From: Scenedesmus sp. PABB004
Taxonomy: Eukaryota
Direction: 5' to 3'
DNA: 64,000 bases
NCBI GenBank assembly: GCA_014905635.1
Contig: CM026547.1
Span: 3,906,001 to 3,970,000, forward strand
The notes below the pieces were generated by a model that saw only the letters and a list, made by a program, of their open reading frames with translations, did no database searches and was not told the DNA's origin. Below, piece by piece: positions 53,331-64,000 of the stretch. A program made the translations under genes and the position numbers. Numbering within the stretch: position 1 is the stretch's first letter; each line of letters opens with the position of its first letter.

Positions 53331-53945
53331 GCACGCGCCGCGGGCCACACGGGCCGCCGGCGGGCCGGCAGCGCGCGGGCGGGGGAGGCTTCGGACGGGG
53401 CGAGAAGGAGGCCCCCGCACGGGCGAGGCGGGCGAGACAGGCGCCCGCACGCCGCGGGGTGGTCGCGCCGGATTCGGGCTGGCCGAGGGACGCCGCGGCG
53501 CGCGCCGGGTGCTGCGGGCGGGGCGTGCGGAGGGGCGAGGCCGGCAACGGGCCCGGGGGGCGCGGGCGGGGCGCGGGCGCGAGCCGCGAACTAGGGACTA
53601 GGGCACACACTCTAGGCTAGAGTGGGTGGCGCGGGGCCGCGGACGCGCACACGGCGCGGGGCGGGCGCCCGGCGCGTGACAGGGCGGAGGTGTCCTGCGG
53701 GCTGCCCGCGCACGCCGGCGCCAGCGCCGCGCGGCGCCCCGAGCGCCGCCGCGCCGGCCGCCGGCGCCGACGGGGCGGCCAATGAGGGCGCGCGCGCGCG
53801 CGCGCGCGCGCTGCTCGCCCGCGTCCGCCTGGGGCGGGCGCGCGCTGGGGCCGGGCGCGCGCGCGGGCGCGCACCCGCGGCGGCGGGGCACGGCTGCGTG
53901 CCGCGGCGTTGCCGGCGGGCGTGGCGGTCGACTCGCGCGCCGCTC
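53331..53945 (-). repeat. Long inverted repeat, right arm
   Basis: Reverse complement of 49160-49811; near-identical translations in opposite-strand ORFs (49534+ vs 53610-). Confidence 0.93.
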
Positions 53946-53987
53946 GCTGACGCACAGTCACGCTTACACTCAACTCAGCGCTCCACG

Positions 53988-54883
53988 TCAGTGCTCCACG
54001 CCGGCGCAGGTGTCGACGCCGTCCGCCAGCTCGTCCGCGCTGCCGACCGCGAACGGCGGCGCGCCGCCCGCCGCGTCGGCGAGCGCGCTCAGGCGTGCCT
54101 GGTAGAGCTGCGCCAGCACGATGCTGACCGAGTGGCTGAGGCTCAGGGACTCCTGCAGCCGGCCGATGGAGATGGCGCACGCCACGTCGCACGCCGCCAC
54201 CTCGGCGTCGCTGAGGCCGTACTCCTCCCGTCCAAAGACGAGGGCGACGCGCGGGCCGCCGCCGCCGCCGCCGCCGTCACTGCCGCCGCCGGCTGCCGTC
54301 CGCCCGCCCGCAGGCGCTGCCGCCGCCGCCGCCGCCGCCGGGGCCAGCGGCTGCGTCAGCGCCCGCCGCACGTCCGGGTGCGCGAGCAGGCTCGGCACGT
54401 CCGGCAGCGACGGCTGCCGCCGGCCGGGCAGCCACCTCGTGAACGCGACGCTCAGGTCGGCGCCCACGAGCGCGCCCGCGAGCGTGGCGTGGCGCTGCGC
54501 GCCGTGCAGGACGTACTGCGCGCCCTTGGACACGCTGCGCGCGCTGCGGTTGGTGTGGTCGCAGCGCGGCGCCACGACGCGCAGGTCGGCGACCTCGAAG
54601 CAGCTGCACGCCCGCGCTGCGGTGCCGCAGCTGACCGGCTTCTTGGGCCCCACCAGCACGACCGTCACGCAGCCGAGCAGCGGCGGCGGGTCGAGCTGCG
54701 GCGACCAGACGGCCTGGTTGCGGCGGCCCGTCGCGCTGCGGACCCGCGTCGCCCACGAGTTGCGCGCCGCCGCCTGCGCCGACGCCTCGTATGCGTCCTC
54801 CTCAAACGCCTGGCCCGCGTTCACGGTGTCCCAGCTGCCGCGCGGCTGCTGCGGCGCGTCGCCCTCAAACGGCTGTCGCTGTG

Positions 54884-54914
<31 letters not shown>

Positions 54915-55127
54915 CTGCTGCTGCGGCTGCTGGTGCTGCTGCTGGTGCGTCTGCGCCGCCGGCGGCTGCGCGGGCTGCGCCGCCGCCGCCGCGGCAGGGC
55001 CAGCCCCCGCCGCGGCGGCCGGGCGCCCGGCGCGACGGCGCGGCCGCGGCTGCTGCGGGTCAGCGGGGGCTCTCCGTCTGCCTGTGGGCTCCCGCAGCGC
55101 GCGAGGCGGGGCTGCCGCGAGCCGCAT
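53988..55127 (-). CDS. SpoU/TrmH-family (TrmJ/LasT-like) RNA 2'-O-methyltransferase, intronless, organelle-like N-terminus
   Basis: VTVVLVGP..GTAARA..DLRVVAPR, VALVFGREEYGLS, SLSLSHSVSIVLAQL; TGTAA on the minus strand at 53964-53968. Confidence 0.85.
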
Positions 55128-55439
55128 GGCGCGGGCAGCGGCGGCCGACGCGGCGGCGCCGGGCAGCGGCGTGCGGTGGAGGCAGCGTGAGAGCTCTCCC
55201 GTGCGTGCGCGCAGTCCCGGTGAACTGTGTCGGGACGGAGCGGCTGGAGACAATTGGCCCAGCGCGTCGCGGCCGCCGGAACCCTGACCGCTCCGCTGCT
55301 GCTGTCGCCGCGCTCGCAGGGCGCCACTCCGCGCCGCTCCGCCAGTCTACGCGTGATTTACCACCCTCCAGCTCGTCACCGCGGTAGCGCCGAAGCGCCG
55401 TCTTCAGCTCCGGCAGCAGCACCGGCAGCAGCGAAAGAA

Positions 55440-56076
55440 ATGGCGGAGCCGCCGCCGCCGCTGGCAGTGGGGGGCGCAGCCGCCGCCGTCGCCGCGCCGG
55501 CCGGCGCCGGCGCGGTCGCCGCGCCGGCCGCTGCAGGCACGGCGGCGAGCAAGGGCGCGGTGCACTGGACGGCGGCCCGGGTCGCGGCGTCGCTGGGCGT
55601 GTTTGTCCTGGCGGGGCTGGCTGAGATCGGCGGCGGCTGGCTCGTGTGGCAGACGGTGCGCGAGAAGAAGCCGTGGTGGTATTGTGCCGCAGGTGCGCGC
55701 GCGCCGCTGCGCGCCGCGCGCCGCTGCGCGCGACGCTGCGGCCCGCCGCTGCGCGCGCCCTGGCTGCCCGCACGCGGCGAGGCGTCGCCCCGGCTCACGG
55801 CTCCCCCCTGCCTCCACGCCCCCCTCAGGCTTTGTCGTGCTCGCGCTGTACGGCCTCGTGCCCACGCTGCAGCCGCCGGGCGCGAGCTTTGCACGCGCAT
55901 ACGCGGTGTACGGCGGCGTCTTCGTCGTCATGTCGTTCGCCTGGGGCTGGGCGGTCGACGGCGAGCGACCAGACGTCGGCGACATCGCCGGCGGCGCGGT
56001 CGCGCTCGGCGGCGTCGTGCTGTGCTGGTTCTGGCCGCGCGGCGGCGGCGCGGCCGCCGCCGCGGCGGGCGGGTGA
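55440..56076 (+). CDS. ynfA: YnfA/UPF0060 small membrane protein (SMR-like), 2 exons
   Basis: [63 protein letters not shown]. Confidence 0.88.
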
Positions 56077-56599
56077 CACGGCGGCGGCCGCCACCTCCCC
56101 CTGCCCTCTCTCCCTCCCTCGCCGCGGCTTGCTGGCGTGCGGACGGCGCCCGGGCGCGCGCACAAGTGGAGCGCCGCCCGCGCCCGAGGTGAGACGCCGG
56201 GGGCCGGGCTGCGGGCGGCGCGGGCGGGAGCCGAGCAGGCCTGCGCGGCTGCCCTGGAGCCAACCCACCTCACCGCCGCCCCTGCAGGCTGTGCGCTGCT
56301 GGCAGCGCGCTGCGCGCACTCGACCGGCGTCGGCGACGCGCCCATGCCCGTGCGCAGCGGCGGCACTGGCGGCGGCATGCGTGTGCTGGCGGCGGCGGCC
56401 GCCGAGCGCGACGCGCGCCGGGCCCTGCCCGCTGCGCCGCTGCCGTCGCTGCCGCCGCGCCGCTGCTGGCGTGCGCAGCTCGCGCGCTCGGCCGCGTTGA
56501 TCGTCCACGCTCAACACGGCCTCTCCTGCGCCCGCCCTGTGACCGCGCACGCCGCCCACCGCGCCACCCACGCACGCCCGCACCCAGCACGGCCGCGTG

Positions 56600-57684
56600 A
56601 TGGCGCTCGCGCGCAGCTCAATTGCAGCCCGGGCGCGGACTGCCGCGCCCAGCCGGGCCCGCAGCGCAGCGTGCGCGCCGGGCGGGCAGCGGCCGCGGCC
56701 CCGGCGCTCTCTCACGCGCGTCCAGGCGCGTTGGCGGGCTCCCTGGACGGCCACCGGCACGGCCGTGCAGACGCGGCGCGCGCGGGGGCGGCGCGGCGCC
56801 AGATCCTGCGGCGCGGGCGGCGGCGCCGCCCGCGCGCGGCGCCGCTGCCGCGCATTCGCCGGCGCGGCGCCGACGCGCCCCCGCGCCGCCCGCCGCAGGC
56901 CGCGCTGGACCCCACCGTGGCGTCGGCCGTCACGCAGCAGGCCACCGCGTTTGGTGCGCGCGGGGAGTTGGGCCGTTGTGCGCGCCGGGCGCAGACACCG
57001 GCGCGGGGCGCGGGACGCGGCGCCGGTGGGCGCTGCGGTGCCCTGCCGACGCGCGCGCCTGCCGGCGCCGCGCTCGCCCGCAGCGATCGTGCTGGGCGCG
57101 GAGGCCGCGTTCAGCCGCAGCAACGTGCCCGAGGCCGACAAGGGCCGGCCGGAGGTCACGCCGGTCGCGGCGGGCATCGCCGGCACGCTCGTGGTGCGCG
57201 CGCGACCACGCGTGCCCGTGGTTGTGCCCACGCGGGCGGGCGGGCGGCGGGCGGCGGCGGCGCCGCGCGCGAGCGAGCGGCCGCCCCGCGCGCGCCCGCC
57301 GCGCGCAGGCCGCGGCGCTGGTGGGCCAGGGCGGCGGCCTGGTGCCGACGCTGGGCGTGGTCGCGGGCCTGGGCGTGGCGTGCGGCATGCTGGCGTACAA
57401 CGTGCGCCGCACGCTCGACCTGACGTACGACGACGGCGACTGGCCCGGGCCCAAGGTGCGCCGCGCCGCGCGGGCTCGCGCGGCGCGCCCCGCTGCGGCG
57501 ACCGCGAGCGAGCGCGCGGCGCTCAAGCCGCCGCCGCCGCCGCCGCCGCCACCGCTGCGGGGCCGCCGCGGCCGCTTGTCCGCCAACGCAGTCGTGGCCG
57601 GCTGGCATGGCGCTCATCAGCTTCTTCGCGGTGTGCGTGTTCGCGCAGGCGCTGGTCGCGGACATCACCACGGCCGTGGTGTGA
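56600..57684 (+). CDS. Uncharacterised plastid-type membrane protein, ~5 exons
   Basis: Transit-like MALARSSIAARAR..; hydrophobic exons; YDDGDWPGPK|SWPAGMALISFFAVCVFAQAL. Confidence 0.65.
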
Positions 57685-57955
57685 GCGGCGGGGCGGGGGG
57701 CCGGCCGGCGTGCAACCGAGCGCCGCTGCACGTCGCTCCCGCCGCCCGTCGCGGCCATACCCTCAACCGCGGCCGCCGCCGCCGCGCGGCTCGCCCTCCC
57801 GCGGTCCAATTCTGCTGTGACACACTCTGCCCGGGCTTGCAGGGCTCCCGGCGCCGCCAGTTTTGCGCGCTCGGCGGGTTTGCCGCCTTTGGCCGTGCTG
57901 GTCGAACCCACGGGCCAGCCGCCCGGGCCCCACCGCGAATCTCACGGTCGCAGCG

Positions 57956-59126
57956 ATGAGGCTCGCATCGATGAGGCTCGGGGGCGGCGCGCGCCGTCCG
58001 CCGCAGGCCGCGCCAGCAGCAGGTGCCGGCGGGTGCGCGCCGTCGCTGACAGCGCCGCCTGCGGCCGCTGAGCGCTCCCGCCGCGCCACCCGTGTGTGCG
58101 CACAGGGCGCCCGCACGCTCCCGGCACCGCCCTGCGGCGCTGCATCGCGCGGCGGCGCGGCGCGGCGTGTGCAGCACGGGAGCCTGGCGGCGAGGCCGAC
58201 CACCTCCCCTGGACGAGCTACATCAACAGCATCATGCTGGCGATGGAGGCGGAGGCGGACGCCAAGGAAGCGGAGGCGGAGGCCGCGCAGAGCGAGTGGG
58301 GCGGCGGCGGCGGCGGCGCGCGCGGGCGGGCGCCGGCGCCGGCGTCGCCGCCGGCGGTGCAGGAGCTGCCGCCGTCGAACGAGCTCACGCTGCGGATCCA
58401 GGAGGTGCGGCTGCGCGCGCCGCGGCTGCCGCGCGCCGGGCAGTGGCCGCTGGACACGCACGCCAGCCGCGCCGCGCCGTGCAGGCCATGGAGGCGCGGG
58501 CCGCGGCGCAGCACTACCGGGAGCAGGCCGACGCCGCGGCAGAGCGCTTCCTCGGCAGCGCGCGCGGCGGCGGGCGCGCCGGGGCGGCCGCGCCGGGCGG
58601 CGCAGGGCCTGCGCCGCCCGCGAACTTCTCCGAGTTGGAGGCCGCGCTCGCGCAGGGCGCCGCGGCCGCGCGGTCGGCCTTCCTGCGCGCGCTCGTGCAG
58701 GCCCGCGCGCTCGTGGCGCTCACGCAGCGCGCGCTGGCGACGTGCGCCGACAAGGTCCGGCTGGAGATGGCGCTCGCCGCGAGCGGCGGCGCCGGCGCCG
58801 CCGATCCGGAGGCGCGCGCACAGCAGGCGGCGGCGCTCGAGGCGCTGGCCGCGCTGCAGGACGACACGATGGACGAGCTGAGCGCCGCGCTCACCAGCCG
58901 CTTCCTGCCGGACGCCATGCCGCCCAACAAGGCGCGCGCGGCGGCGGGCCGGGGGTGTGGGGGGCGCACGGGGAGCGTGGGTGCCGGCGCGGCGCCGCTG
59001 GCGGGCGCGGAGCCGCCGCCGCCGCCGAGAGCTGGCCCGGCTCGCTGCGCTCCGCAGGCGCGGCGCTGGCTGGAGGAGGTGTGGCTGCTGGACACGGACA
59101 GCGCCGGCGACGGCGGCGCAGCGTGA
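57956..59126 (+). CDS. Hypothetical helical protein (5' end uncertain)
   Basis: Coding-like exons DHLPWTSYINSIMLAME..ELTLRIQE|AMEARAAAQHYREQ..RFLPDAMPPNK|ARRWLEEVWLLD. Confidence 0.5.
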
Positions 59127-59692
59127 GGAGCAGCGCTGGGAGGCACGGCGAGCGCTGGGAGGCACGGCGAGCGCTGGGCCCAGCTCCTGGGCGGGGCCGA
59201 GCTTGTGGAGGGGCGCACTGCGTGACGAACTGGCCGCCGCCGGCACACACCCGCGCGCCGCCGCCAGTGCCGCCGCTGCCGCCGCTGCCGCCGCCGCGTG
59301 TGCGGCGCGCCACCCCACGCCTGCCCGCCCGCCGGGGGCGCGGGCCGCCAGTGAGGGTGTGATGATCGGCGCGCTCCCGCGCCGCCTGGGGCCGTGTGCG
59401 GGCGCGGGCGCGGCGCGCCGCGGGCGCAGCTGTCGGCGCTGTTACGGCGGGGCTCAAATCCTGGGCCTCGGCGCATGCTCCCTGCGCGCCGAGCGCGCCC
59501 CCGGGCGCGACCTGCGCCCGTCCACGCCGCCGCACGCGCTCCGGACCGCCGCCAGCCCGCGCCCGGCTCGCCGGCTGCTCTGACCCGCCGCCCCGGCGCG
59601 TGCGCCGCCCTGCATGCGGCCCGCCGCGCTGTGAAGGCTGCCCGCCGGCCCTCGCACCCGCCGGAGCGCCCGCGGCGACGCGAGCGGCCGCC

Positions 59693-62528
<2,836 letters not shown>

Positions 62529-62934
62529 GAGCGCCGCGCCGCGCTGTACAGCTGTCGACCCGGCGGCGGCCGGCACGCGTGTGCGTGCGCGCGTGGCGTT
62601 GCGGATGGCGGGCGGGGCGGGTAGGGTAGGCAGAGAGAGCTCTCGGTCACTGTGCAGTCACGGCGCTCGTGGCGCGCGCGGCGCGCACCTCGGCCCAGCG
62701 GCGGCGCGCGCAGCGGCGGCGCGCAAAAACCGCGGCGGCGGTCCAGCGGCCAGGCCTGCCGCCGCTGGCAGCGCGCGCCGCCGCCGCCGCGCCCGCAGCC
62801 CGGCCCCGCAGGCCGCCCGCCCACGCCGCCGCGGCTGCGCCTGCTCCGCCAGCGCTGCTGCCTCGCCAGCGGCGGGCTGCTGCGCCCCCCGCCTCGCTCG
62901 CGGCGGCCAGCGGCTGCTGGGTGGGCGTCCCAGG

Positions 62935-63625
62935 ATGTGCAAGGGCCCGGCGGAGGACGCCTGCGTCCCGCGCCGGGACGACGGCGGGAGCTCCAGCGAT
63001 GAGGTGCGCCGCGGGCCTGCCACGCGCGCCCCCGGCCCGCCCCGCCCAGCCGGCGCGCCTCCCTCGCGCACCCGGGGCCCGGGTAGACCACCGCAGGCGG
63101 GCAGCACGCATGCTGCGAGCGGCGGCGGCAGCGGCGCCCGCTGCTCGCCGGTCGCTGCTGCCGCTGCCCTGGCCGGCGGCGCCGCTGCCTGCCCTCACCG
63201 GCGCCGCCGCTGCGCGCCCCCGCCCCCGCTCCAACCCCTGGCCGTCCGGCAGGAGGAGGCGGCGCTGGACCGGCGCATCGCGCAGGCGCTGGAGTGCCCG
63301 TGCGTCGACGACCTCAAAGCGGGGCCGTGCGGCGAGCTGTTTGTCAGCACGTTCACGTGCTACCACAAGAGCCGCGCCGAACCCAAGGGCTGCGACTGCC
63401 TGGACGTCAGCCTAGCCTTCGCGGTGCGCGGCGGCGGCGCTCGCGCCCGCGGCAGCCGCGCAGCGCCCCGCGCGGGAGGAGCGCGGCTGCGCCGCGCGGC
63501 GCCGCGCGCTCGGCGCGACGCCGCCGCGCTGCCGCCGCTGGCAGGACTGCCTGCGGAAGCACCCCGACGTGCTGGACGACCTGCACAGCGCCAAGAGCCT
63601 GGCACTGCCAAGTGCCGGCCGCTGA
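62935..63625 (+). CDS. MIA40: Mitochondrial intermembrane-space oxidoreductase MIA40-like (CPC plus twin CX9C), 3 exons
   Basis: ALECPCVDDLKAGPCGELFVSTFTCYHKSRAEPKGCDCLDVSLAFA|DCLRKHP; TGTAA at 63854-63858. Confidence 0.85.
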
Positions 63626-64000
63626 CGCGGCGGCGGCGGCGCCGCTCGCGCCGCCGTGTACGTGTACGCAGCTGCGGCCTGTACCAACAGTCGCCCACGG
63701 CGGCGGGGCTTTCTTGTGAGGGGCATTGGCGGGGCGGGCTCGCCGGCGCGCGCCTAGTAAGGCCGCCGGTGCCGGCGGCGCGCCGCGCTGCGCGAGCGTC
63801 GCCCGGGGTCGCGCCGTTGTCGGCGCGCTGGCCGCGGCCGCCGGGCGGCCGCGTGTAAACCAATGGGCGAGCGCAAGAGACAGACACGCCGCGTTGCCGA
63901 TTGGGGGGGGGGGGGGGGCGCACGCGCGCCGTGCCGACCGCTCTGCGCGCTGGCGGCGCCGCAGGCGCAGCGCCGGGGCCGCGGCAGCTCGCTGCGCATG

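Noticed and set aside
52886..53350. Minus-strand ORF with poly-Met and poly-His
   Set aside because: Derived from (CAT)n and (GGT)n microsatellites; no coding-like composition.
49081..53990. Autonomous DNA transposon with terminal inverted repeats
   Set aside because: No transposase inside and no convincing target-site duplication; outer ends are the most diverged part. Kept only as an alternative in the finding.
59132..59178. 19-bp tandem repeat (~2.5 copies) after the hypothetical gene stop
   Set aside because: Looks like ordinary local slippage in a 3' UTR.

Overview
Gene-dense, extremely GC-rich, intron-rich eukaryotic nuclear DNA, most likely from a chlorophyte green alga (inferred from TGTAA poly(A) signals after several stops, plastid-targeted genes and green-lineage families). 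Most long ORFs in the supplied track are GC-driven artefacts; the real genes are spliced. Joining exons by hand gives about 26 protein-coding genes: GLYR, an inactive FtsH (FtsHi), two RINGv paralogues, an SKL-ending unknown, gamma-tubulin, SCYL2, an LYR protein, UXT, a secreted unknown, LSMT, PHT4;6, plastid PDH E2, a tandem pair of zipper-like genes, a PLAT-PTC7 phosphatase, PLGG1, a Trx-like 2Fe-2S/TPR protein, a methyltransferase-like protein, PYG7/CGL71, a ubiquitin-domain PI4K-gamma, a SpoU methylase, YnfA, two unknowns, kinesin-13 and MIA40. The most notable structures are: (1) a ~0.65 kb inverted duplication of the PI4K-gamma upstream region placed behind the gene and facing back at it; (2) unusually frequent GC-AG introns; (3) a 2281-bp-period tandem duplication whose core looks identical while its edges have diverged. 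Gene coordinates are start-to-stop spans including introns, read by eye; family assignments come from recalled motifs, not database searches.
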